DNA of 28,131 nt, taken from NCBI GenBank assembly GCA_038128265.1, contig JAYPJE010000049.1:1-28131 (forward strand), given 5' to 3'. The position numbers and the translations under genes were made by a program. This document shows, in pieces, positions 1 through 7,787 of this stretch. The number at the start of each line of letters is the position of its first letter. Position 1 is the stretch's first letter. The notes beneath the pieces were generated by a model. That model did no database searches. It had not been told where the DNA came from and worked only from the letters and a program-made list of their open reading frames with translations. Source of the DNA: Gemmatimonadota bacterium. Lineage in GTDB: Bacteria > Latescibacterota > UBA2968 > UBA8231.

Positions 1-2
1 TC

Positions 3-515
3 GCTAACAACGCGAAGGGTGCGCTCTTCTTCAGCAACGCTCAGCCGGGTCGCGTCGAGGTTGCCTCGGGTCGCATCGGCCGCGACTGGTCCGCCAGTGG
101 CGACGCCGAGCTGGTCACCGTGCGCTTTGTCGCACTGGCCGACCATCCGGGCGAGATCGACGTGCTCGAAGGTCAGTTCGTTAACAGTGCCTACCAGGGC
201 ACCGTAATGCGGGTCGAAAAGGCGCAGGCGCTGCCGCTGGTAGCCGCTCTGCACCAGAACTTCCCGAACCCCTTCAACCCGTCGACGGAGATTCGCTTCG
301 ATATCCCGACGGCGCGCAACGTAGAGCTGCGGGTTTACAACCAGCTGGGCCAGACGGTCCGCACGCTGGTCGACAACCGGATGAAGGCGGGCTCTTACCG
401 AATCAAGTGGGACGGTAAGACCGAGGCTGGACACAGTGTCTCCTCTGGAGTCTACTTCTACAGCCTGGAAGCGGGAGACTTCTCGCAGATCCGCAAGATG
501 ACGCTGGTCAAATAA
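3..515 (+). CDS. 5'-truncated surface/secreted protein: cohesin-like beta-sandwich end plus C-terminal FlgD-Ig / T9SS type A-like sorting domain
   Basis: Frame is open from position 3 (ANNAKGALFFSNAQPGRVEVASGRIGRDWSASGDAELVTVRF...), so the GTG at 120 is internal. C-terminus has LHQNFPNPFNPSTEIRF..VYNQLGQ.VRTLV..WDGK...G..VSSGVYFYSL..KMTLVK. Confidence 0.88.
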   Translation, partial: ANNAKGALFFSNAQPGRVEVASGRIGRDWSASGDAELVTVRFVALADHPGEIDVLEGQFVNSAYQGTVMRVEKAQALPLVAALHQNFPNPFNPSTEIRFDIPTARNVELRVYNQLGQTVRTLVDNRMKAGSYRIKWDGKTEAGHSVSSGVYFYSLEAGDFSQIRKMTLVK

Positions 516-537
516 GACCTGAGCCATCGCAAGGCAC

Positions 538-572
538 AAAGCGCCGCAGGGGGAAACCCCTGCGGCGCTTTT
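538..572 (+). terminator. Intrinsic (rho-independent) terminator
   Basis: Perfect 15-bp stem AAAGCGCCGCAGGGG / CCCCTGCGGCGCTTT with a GAAA tetraloop, ending in TTTT, 22 nt after the stop codon. Confidence 0.9.
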
Positions 573-716
573 GCGTTGGTGGGAAAAAACTTCTCATTTT
601 TTTTGGGCGTGTGGTCGATAAGAAAGAAGGGGGATGAAACAAATACATACTCTGCGATGTCCTAAATAGAGCGATGGCGGTTAATTAGGGGAGGGAGGCG
701 CTGGATAGGAACGTAC

Positions 717-732
717 CGGCATGCAATTTGCA
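717..732 (+). promoter_or_regulatory. Candidate sigma-54 (-24/-12) promoter
   Basis: CGGCATGCAATTTGCA has GG(718-719)-N10-GC(730-731) and matches TGGCAC-N5-TTGCW closely. It lies about 40 nt upstream of ATG 771. Confidence 0.6.
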
Positions 733-770
733 TTGATCTGGCATATGCTCTGTAGCTACGGGACTCATCT

Positions 771-3700
771 ATGAACATGCATTGGCGTCAAATACTGCTT
801 TACAGCGTTGCTTTAGTGAGTTTGTGCACGCCGCTCTGGGCGCAGACGCTGGAGCTGCGCGAAGCCGGCACCAACCGCCGCGAAGTCAGCGTGCAGGTCG
901 GACAAACCATAACGGTCGAAGTATATGCCGAGATATCCGGCATTGAAGCCGCCGGTATGTCGGTGTTTATCACCGTGCCAGACAATGCGTTTCAGGTGGT
1001 TGATCAGCGCCCGACGACCGGCACCACGGCGGGGCAGCCCGGCGTGCAGCCCTTTATCGCCGGTCCGCTGTTTCAGGGCGCCGGCGAGCAGGCCAACGAC
1101 CTGATTCCCGAAACAGAATCCATTGCCAGCAATTTTGCCGGCCAGCAGCTCGAATATGGGGTGGTCATTGGCGGCGGCAGCGATCGCGTGCGCACGGGAT
1201 CGGGCGTGGTAGCGACTTTTCAGTTGGTCTGCGTGCAGCCCATCGACTTTGGACAAATTCAGGTAAACGACAACGCCGTCTTAGAAACGCGCCTCGTGCT
1301 GTCAGACGGGATTAGCGAGCAGCGCTTTATCACCGTTCAGGGCATGCAAATATCGGTCACGGGCATGGAGTTGCTCGACGTGCCCGACGTGATTCTCAAG
1401 CCGGGCGAAGCTGACAGCACGCAAATTGGTCGCCTGTCGCGCTACATCAAGAGCGCGCGGCCCTCGGTCAATCTCGATTCCATACAGTGGTCGGTTTCAC
1501 CGGCCGAACTCGACAGCATTGACATTGAAATCGATCCGCTGACCAGCCTGGTTAAAATTCTACCGCATCCCGACTGGTCGGGTCGCCAGCGCGTGTTTTG
1601 GACGGCGACGGAGCCGGCCAGTTCGGTGATTGAGGGGCAGCCCGTGCTCTCGGTGCAGGATGCTTCCGATATCATCGTCAACAACCCACCGGTCTTTTCC
1701 ATCGAGCGCGATGCCGATGGCGTGCGACGCGACACGGTGCGCTTTGACGAAGACGTCTATTCATACCTGCCCGGCACCGAACCGAGCGTGCGGCGTGCGT
1801 TTGTCGCCCTCGACCTAGACGACTGGGTCGTCGATCCCGACGGCGATGCGCTGCGCTTTCTCGCTCTTAACTTCGGTGCCGATCCGGTGCCCAATCTGCG
1901 TGGCCAGGTATCGCCACAGACCAACGAGCTGCTGGTGTGGTCCAAACAGGACTTTAGCGGGACCGATTCGCTGCGCGTATTGGCCACCGACGGCCTGCGC
2001 GGCGGCAACGATACGCTGCGCGTGATTGTGCGCGTGCGCTCGTTGGCCGACGCACCGCGCTTTACGCTCGAGAGTGAGGAGCGCCAGCCGAAAATCAGCC
2101 GCGGCGGTTCCAAAGTGTACTTGCTAAACGATATTGTCACCGACCCCGATACGCCGGTCGACAGTTTGCTCTTTAACTGGACCGACGATCCCGACGGTCA
2201 TTTTACCGTCGATACTACGCGCACCGCAGCGGGTTTGGAGGTAGCAGTCAGTGGCCGCGCGGACTATTCCGGCGATGGGCGCGTGAGCTTTGTCGTAACC
2301 GATCCAGACAGCCTGCAGGACGTTATGGTGCTGTTTTTTACCTCGGCCGAAGCGCTGCCGCCCACCGTTCTGCGAACCGAAATAAAGATCGACCTCTTTC
2401 CCGGAGGCGATCCGCACTTTGAAGATTTAGAGCAATTCGTCAGCGATCCGGACAATGCGTTTGATGATTTGCAGTGGAATATTCCTTCGGGCACGCGCAG
2501 CACGATCACCATCAGCGAGGATGGACAGCTCAGCGTAGCGGCTCCGCTGGACTTTATTGGCTACGAAGAGGTTTTGCTCAACGTCGCCGATCCCAACGGG
2601 CAGGGCGATACGCTCAAATTGCGCATCTATTCTTCTGACGGCGCGCCGGTAACGGGCGGTATTCCCGATCTGGTTATGGATCGGGGTGAGATCAATCAGC
2701 AAATTGATTTGGATAACTACTACTTTGATTCCGATAACAGCGATACGGAGATTACGTGGGAACTGCCGGGGTCAAATATCTATGCGCGCAACAACCTTGA
2801 AGTGCAGATCGATCCGATTACGCACATCGTCACATTTTTTGTTCCAGAAACGGCCAACTTTGCTACCGAGCCGGTGATTTTTCGCGTAACCGATCCGGCG
2901 GGCACCTCGGCCGCCGATACCATGACGGTGTCCATTCGCTCAGGAGGGGGGAGTGTCCCCGATCAGTTTAGCATTCGCCCGCTGCCGACGGGATTGCAGG
3001 TCGGCGTTAACCAGCGTCCCGATCTATTTGATCTCGACGACTACGTTATTGCGCCGGATGACTTTGATCTGACGACGCTAACGTGGGAAGTGTCGCTGCT
3101 GGCCGGCGATAGTTCGGCTCCTCGCATACGGGAAGGGAATATCGTCTCTGCGTTCGGCTTTCAATCCGGCACCGATTCGCTGCTTTTCACGGCGCAGGAC
3201 ACGCTCGGACGCGTGCAGTCGGCGACGATGGTGCTGCGGGTTGTCGGGGAAAGCGAGGTGATGAGAATTCTTTCGATTCCCGACGTTCAGTTTATTGCGG
3301 GGCAGACATTTAGGGATTATCACCTAAGTGATTATATAGAGGATCGAGAGGCCAATCCGGACTCGCTTGTGCAGTGGAGTGTCGAGCCCGTTGTCGAGTC
3401 GGGGTTAATTATCCGCGTTACCAGTGACAAGGCGGTGCAGGCTATATCGGACGACACGCTAGAAGTGGATGTCGTCTTCACGGCGCGCAATACCGAAACC
3501 GGCATTGTCGGCCGCGATACCGTGCGCGTGATCGCGCTGGATCCGGCGCTGGCCAACCGGCGGCTACAGGATTTTCCCCCGCTCGTATTTACTGCGGGGC
3601 GCAGCGACAGTTCCATTGTCTTAAACGAATTTCTGCCGCTTGAATTTCTCTCGATCGACAATGAGGCACCGCCGGTGACCTGGTCGGTCTCCGGCCAGAG

Positions 3701-5051
3701 CATTACACAGCCCTTTATCGATCCCGTGCCCCCGCATCGCCTGCGCGTGCGCGGGGTGGGTGAACGCGTAGGGGTCGATAGTCTGACTTTTTTCGCCGAT
3801 ATCAGCGGGGGCTTTCGCGCCAAGGGAACGCTGGTGGTGACGGTAGTCGAGCCCGTCGATGAATCGACGCTCGAACTGCAGGTGGTGCCCAACCCGATGC
3901 AGCCCGTGTATATCGACGTGTTTGTCGTTGCGCGCCGCGCGCTAGCCGGCACGCCCAACGTCATCCGCTCCTTTGAAACGATTGATAGCACGGTGGCCGT
4001 GCGGCAAATCGAAGACGATTTAGAGGCGCGGGGGGTGCTGATCTGGTCGGGCGGAGTGCAGCTGCACGGCGGCGCTAGTGGGCTGGTGAGCTTTGAGGCG
4101 CAGGCCTTTACGGAACTGGGCACCAACGTCAACGATACCGCTTCAGTCGATCTGGCTAGCGTGCTGCTTGGCAAACGAGTCGCCCTGGCACACGGGGGTG
4201 CCCGCCTCGACCTGGCGCCCGATGCGCTGGGGGCGGGAAAGGTCGTGGTGCTGCAAAGCGAACGGGCCCAATCCGACCGACGCGGCAAATGGGCTTCCGA
4301 CGATGAACTGGTTCTGAAGCAGGAAATCAATGCGTTTCCCATAGGTGAGCCGCTGGCCGAGCGGGGGGTGCTGAGTTGGAGTGGGGCGGTCGAGCGGGGA
4401 GATGGAATCTACCAGCGAGCGAGCAATCAGTGGCACTATATGGGACCGGCCGACCAGGCGGTAGATATCGGGTCGCTGGGTCGCTTTGCCGTCTTAAGCG
4501 ATGTGCGCGCACCGCGTCTGACGTCTCTTGGGGAAGTTGATGCGCGGTTGGGTATCTGGCCCGTTGCAGTAGAGGAGGAGGGCAGCGGACTGGGCGAAAT
4601 TGAGGTATGGGTCGATGGCCGACGCCACGAGGGAACGTGGGATGGTCAAGCCGTGCGCTGGGTGCCGCAGGATCAGTCCTACAGCAACCAGGTGCGCGTG
4701 GAGGTGCGCGTGCGCGATCGGGCCGGCAACGAGGCGCTGTGGCGGGGGTCGGGCAGCACGCTGCCGCGGCAGGTCCAACTCGAGGCGAACTATCCCAACC
4801 CATTCAATCCGCAAACCGTCATTCCCTTTGTCGTGCCGGCGCGCGCTCAAGCGGTAAACCTGGCCGTTTACAACGGCGTCGGGCAAATGGTACGAGAATT
4901 GCTAAATAACGTCGTAATGGCGCCGGGCCGGCACGAGATTGTGTGGGACGGACGCGATGCCAACGGCTCCACGGTGAGCTCAGGGGTGTATATATACCGT
5001 CTGCAGACGGATGAAATTACTTCCGTGCGGCGCATGACGCTGCTGAAGTAG
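771..5051 (+). CDS. Large secreted protein/adhesin (1426 aa): signal peptide, cohesin-like N-domain, about 8 cadherin/Ig-like Ca-binding repeats, C-terminal FlgD-Ig / T9SS-like CTD
   Basis: Signal peptide ends ...TPLWA|Q. Recurring DLDDWVVDPD, LLNDIVTDPD, DLEQFVSDPD, DLDNYYFDSD, DLDDYVIAPD, HLSDYIEDRE motifs occur about every 100 aa. CTD reads LEANYPNPFNPQTVIPF...WDGRDANGSTVSSGVYIYRL...RRMTLLK. Confidence 0.85.
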   Translation: MNMHWRQILLYSVALVSLCTPLWAQTLELREAGTNRREVSVQVGQTITVEVYAEISGIEAAGMSVFITVPDNAFQVVDQRPTTGTTAGQPGVQPFIAGPLFQGAGEQANDLIPETESIASNFAGQQLEYGVVIGGGSDRVRTGSGVVATFQLVCVQPIDFGQIQVNDNAVLETRLVLSDGISEQRFITVQGMQISVTGMELLDVPDVILKPGEADSTQIGRLSRYIKSARPSVNLDSIQWSVSPAELDSIDIEIDPLTSLVKILPHPDWSGRQRVFWTATEPASSVIEGQPVLSVQDASDIIVNNPPVFSIERDADGVRRDTVRFDEDVYSYLPGTEPSVRRAFVALDLDDWVVDPDGDALRFLALNFGADPVPNLRGQVSPQTNELLVWSKQDFSGTDSLRVLATDGLRGGNDTLRVIVRVRSLADAPRFTLESEERQPKISRGGSKVYLLNDIVTDPDTPVDSLLFNWTDDPDGHFTVDTTRTAAGLEVAVSGRADYSGDGRVSFVVTDPDSLQDVMVLFFTSAEALPPTVLRTEIKIDLFPGGDPHFEDLEQFVSDPDNAFDDLQWNIPSGTRSTITISEDGQLSVAAPLDFIGYEEVLLNVADPNGQGDTLKLRIYSSDGAPVTGGIPDLVMDRGEINQQIDLDNYYFDSDNSDTEITWELPGSNIYARNNLEVQIDPITHIVTFFVPETANFATEPVIFRVTDPAGTSAADTMTVSIRSGGGSVPDQFSIRPLPTGLQVGVNQRPDLFDLDDYVIAPDDFDLTTLTWEVSLLAGDSSAPRIREGNIVSAFGFQSGTDSLLFTAQDTLGRVQSATMVLRVVGESEVMRILSIPDVQFIAGQTFRDYHLSDYIEDREANPDSLVQWSVEPVVESGLIIRVTSDKAVQAISDDTLEVDVVFTARNTETGIVGRDTVRVIALDPALANRRLQDFPPLVFTAGRSDSSIVLNEFLPLEFLSIDNEAPPVTWSVSGQSITQPFIDPVPPHRLRVRGVGERVGVDSLTFFADISGGFRAKGTLVVTVVEPVDESTLELQVVPNPMQPVYIDVFVVARRALAGTPNVIRSFETIDSTVAVRQIEDDLEARGVLIWSGGVQLHGGASGLVSFEAQAFTELGTNVNDTASVDLASVLLGKRVALAHGGARLDLAPDALGAGKVVVLQSERAQSDRRGKWASDDELVLKQEINAFPIGEPLAERGVLSWSGAVERGDGIYQRASNQWHYMGPADQAVDIGSLGRFAVLSDVRAPRLTSLGEVDARLGIWPVAVEEEGSGLGEIEVWVDGRRHEGTWDGQAVRWVPQDQSYSNQVRVEVRVRDRAGNEALWRGSGSTLPRQVQLEANYPNPFNPQTVIPFVVPARAQAVNLAVYNGVGQMVRELLNNVVMAPGRHEIVWDGRDANGSTVSSGVYIYRLQTDEITSVRRMTLLK

Positions 5052-5060
5052 GGAGCGCAA

Positions 5061-5768
5061 ATGAAAGCGATATTTTTGCTGGGAGTGGTCGTGATCGGCA
5101 GCGCCTTAGTGGCCTGTGGTGGCGGCAGCGGCGTGGGGCCTCAGGAACTGCTCAAACAGGAGCAGCAGCTGCGCGATCGCCTGCCCATCGATTGGAGTAA
5201 TTACAACGGGGGCGACTACGAGGGAGCCATCGACTTTTTTACCAATACGCTCGAAAAAGCCGAAACCTACGAGGGGCCGGAGTCCATTCTCAACGAGATA
5301 AAGTCCGAAGCGCACAATGGCATTGGCTGGGCCTTTTTTCGCATGCAGAGTTTGGAAGCGGCTACCACCTCATTTCAGCAGTCTACTACGCTCAATCGCC
5401 GCAATGCCGACGCCTGGGCCGGCTACGCCGGGGTGGCTCTGGCGCGGCGGCTGTACAACGAGGCCGTCCAGTATGCCATTCAGGCGCTGTCGGTCGATGC
5501 CAATTACAACTCGTCTTTCCGCATTGACGAATCAGAGCGGCAGATGGGTCACGACAATTTCGACGATCGCCACCTGCGGCTGATCTTAGCCGAGGCCTAT
5601 TTTCAGCTGGGGCGCTACAGCGCGATTGATCGGCCCGATCCCAACAATGCCTCTGCGCAGCTGCGCATGGTCAACGAAGAGTTTGTCTTTCGCGATGCCG
5701 GCCAGCTGCTGCAGGAACTGAGCCTGGCGGCGATCGATTTGCAGCAGGAGCGGGGGAGTGGGTTCTGA
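5061..5768 (+). CDS. TPR-repeat lipoprotein
   Basis: Lipobox SALVAC (Cys19). TPR-like helices AHNGIGWAFFRMQSLEAA..FQQS and ADAWAGYAGVAL..YNEAVQYAIQAL. RBS GGGAG. Confidence 0.8.
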   Translation: MKAIFLLGVVVIGSALVACGGGSGVGPQELLKQEQQLRDRLPIDWSNYNGGDYEGAIDFFTNTLEKAETYEGPESILNEIKSEAHNGIGWAFFRMQSLEAATTSFQQSTTLNRRNADAWAGYAGVALARRLYNEAVQYAIQALSVDANYNSSFRIDESERQMGHDNFDDRHLRLILAEAYFQLGRYSAIDRPDPNNASAQLRMVNEEFVFRDAGQLLQELSLAAIDLQQERGSGF

Positions 5769-5769
5769 G

Positions 5770-7251
5770 GTGAGAAGAATATTCTCCTACGCCATCCTAT
5801 TGCTGAGCCTTTTTGCCGGCCTACAGGCGGCACACGGTCAGAATCTGACGCTGCTGCGTCGCCCGGTGAACTCGGCGATCAGTCCGCCGATGGGACAGGG
5901 CTTGGACTTGCTGCACAGTGCCGAGCCCTTGGGCAAGGGGCGGTTTCGCATGCGCATGACGCATCGTTCGGATCCCATTGTCGTCCCCGAGTTGGGCGAT
6001 GGGACGATTTACACCGGGAACTACGGCTTCGCCTATGGGTTGGGCGATGCCATGGAGTTGGGTTTTGCCGTGCCCTTTCTGCTGGATGCAGCGGGGGGGT
6101 TTAATAAGTATGGTTCGGGTGATCCGACCCTGAGCTTAAAGATCTCGCGTCCGGGCAGGTTGCCCAGCGGTTTCTACATGGGATATCAGGTCTTGCTCGG
6201 CCTGCCCTTTGGCTATAAGGGGCAGCACACGCTCGACAAAATTGGCGGCATTCGTTCGTTCAGCAGCGAATCGCTCGATATGGGGCTACAGATCCTGAGC
6301 GACATGCACTTCAAGAGGATATCGCTCTACTTGAATGGAGGCTACTATCGCTCGGCTAATCCCGAGGTGCTGACGCAGCTTGTCTATGGCCTCGGCATGG
6401 AAGTGGGCCGCGCCAACAGCCGCTTTAGCTTTAACGGCGAATATCAGGCACAGGTGGCCTTTGCCGAGCAGGCACAGGCCAGGGGTATCTTTAAATTCGG
6501 CGTGCGCGTAAATGTATTTCGCGGGCTACAGCTGGAGATTAATCGCCAGGTCGGTATGCTCGACTATCCCATCGCTTCGTCCGTCTCCTTTGGCCTGCGC
6601 ATGCACGGATTTGCCACCGGACGTCGTCGCCTAGAATCGCGCTTTGGTATCTACGAGCCCAAGGTGCCGCCGCGCCGGCTATACCAGCCCGCCCAGGTCC
6701 TGCGTTTAGCCATCGTCGACTTTGAGGGGTTTGAGGAGTTTGGTGCCGGACAGCGCCTAGTCGAAAAAATAAAAACGCAGTTCGAACCGCATGACAGCCT
6801 GGAAGTCGTAGACCTAAAGCGCTTTGCCGATATCCCCAAGGAGGGTTTTCTCAAGCCGCGGCAGGCCCTCGAACTGGCCCAGAAGCTTGGTGTGGACGTG
6901 GTGGTAACGGGCGTAGTCTCCAATTATGACGTAGACCGCTTTGCCGGTCTTCAGGTGCCCTTTGTCATCAAATTGCCCGAGGCGCAGGTCGAGGTAGGGC
7001 TGCGCTATCGAGTGCTCGTCTTTGATGATACGAAAACGCAAATGCAGGCTTTTTCGCAGGAGGCGATGGGATTTAGTCGCCTGCGAAAGGGAATGCGCCT
7101 GCTGCCGCCAGACCGGCGCGATGTAACGGCTACCGCATCGGCAGGCGATCTGCAGCGGGTGCAAGAAAATGCGCTGGACAATCTCGTCAACAATATGCTG
7201 GCTTCGATGGCTTCGCAGTTTACCTGGGTTCCGCCCGACTTTTTGCCATGA
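5770..7251 (+). CDS. Putative outer-membrane beta-barrel protein fused to a C-terminal CsgG/TolB-N/LpoB-like alpha/beta domain
   Basis: GTG 5770 gives the signal peptide MRRIFSYAILLLSLFAGLQAAHG (ORF track starts at 5758). Amphipathic beta-strands make up the N-terminal ~280 aa. The C-domain LRLAIVDFEG...ALELAQKLGVDVVVTGVVSNYDV resembles the CsgG-type fold. Confidence 0.6.
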   Translation: MRRIFSYAILLLSLFAGLQAAHGQNLTLLRRPVNSAISPPMGQGLDLLHSAEPLGKGRFRMRMTHRSDPIVVPELGDGTIYTGNYGFAYGLGDAMELGFAVPFLLDAAGGFNKYGSGDPTLSLKISRPGRLPSGFYMGYQVLLGLPFGYKGQHTLDKIGGIRSFSSESLDMGLQILSDMHFKRISLYLNGGYYRSANPEVLTQLVYGLGMEVGRANSRFSFNGEYQAQVAFAEQAQARGIFKFGVRVNVFRGLQLEINRQVGMLDYPIASSVSFGLRMHGFATGRRRLESRFGIYEPKVPPRRLYQPAQVLRLAIVDFEGFEEFGAGQRLVEKIKTQFEPHDSLEVVDLKRFADIPKEGFLKPRQALELAQKLGVDVVVTGVVSNYDVDRFAGLQVPFVIKLPEAQVEVGLRYRVLVFDDTKTQMQAFSQEAMGFSRLRKGMRLLPPDRRDVTATASAGDLQRVQENALDNLVNNMLASMASQFTWVPPDFLP

Positions 7252-7643
7252 AGCGAATTGCTCTATACGCCCGCATAGTTGCGGTGTGCACGGCGATGCT
7301 CGTTGTCGGCTGTGCGCTCTCGGTGGCACCTACCAGCTCGCAGAATCGGGAGATAACGCTCGAGCTGGCTTCCTATCCGGCCCGCATATCGGCCAACGAT
7401 AGCACGGCCACGGCCGAGGTGTGGGCTACGATTCGCAAGGGCAGCAAGCCGGTCGCCGACAGCACGTTGGTGGTCTTTGCCACCACTGCGGGAGAGATCA
7501 CGGCCGCCAGTCTCACGCGCGACGGATTGGCCATTGCGTTTCTAACTAGCCCCGGCGATGGGCGGCCACAGCGCGCAGAGATCATAGCCCAAGCGCTCGC
7601 CGTGCGCGATACGCTCGAGATCGATTTTGTTATAATCGAGTAG
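7248..7643 (+). CDS. Small lipoprotein with an invasin/intimin (Big_1)-like Ig domain
   Basis: Lipobox LVVGC. PARISAND..TAEVWATI..G.KPVAD.T.V.F.TT.G....T.DG.A.A.LTS is the typical Big_1 pattern. ATGA overlap with the upstream gene. Confidence 0.7.
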   Translation: MKRIALYARIVAVCTAMLVVGCALSVAPTSSQNREITLELASYPARISANDSTATAEVWATIRKGSKPVADSTLVVFATTAGEITAASLTRDGLAIAFLTSPGDGRPQRAEIIAQALAVRDTLEIDFVIIE

Positions 7644-7649
7644 CGCTGC

Positions 7650-7679
7650 TTGACGTAAACCCCATAGCATCCATATAAT
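7650..7679 (+). promoter_or_regulatory. Sigma-70-type promoter
   Basis: TTGACG (7650-7655), 18-nt spacer, TATAAT (7674-7679), in the only intergenic gap ahead of the HNH/glycan operon. Confidence 0.7.
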
Positions 7680-7739
7680 TGGGTCTACACCCCCCAAGGG
7701 CAGGAAGGACCGCTCAGCGGCCGGCTTCTGTCTCCAGTT

Positions 7740-7770
7740 GCATCCCCTTTACATACAATAGCATCCCCTT
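7740..7770. repeat. Direct repeat GCATCCCCTT x2 (21-bp period)
   Basis: Exact 10-mer at 7740-7749 and 7761-7770. A related ATAGCATCC occurs at 7664-7672 and 7758-7766. Confidence 0.6.
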
Positions 7771-7787
7771 GCTAGCGCGGCACGCGT

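Noticed and set aside
634..669. 11-codon ORF MKQIHTLRCPK and weak ECF/sigma-28-like boxes in the first intergenic region
   Set aside because: Too short, poor RBS spacing and degenerate matches; indistinguishable from chance.
676..688. ops/JUMPstart-like GGCGGT element
   Set aside because: Reads GGCGGTTA rather than GGCGGTAG and is not in the glycan operon leader.
3332..4342. 336-aa minus-strand ORF
   Set aside because: Antisense shadow of the 1426-aa gene, Ser/Thr/Arg-rich with no motifs; expected in GC-rich DNA.
7681..7750. Possible tRNA-Sec or SRP RNA in the leader (GGCCGCTGAGCGGTCC on the minus strand; CAGGAAGG)
   Set aside because: No T-loop GTTCRA, anticodon arm or acceptor stem, and the SRP domain IV motif is incomplete.
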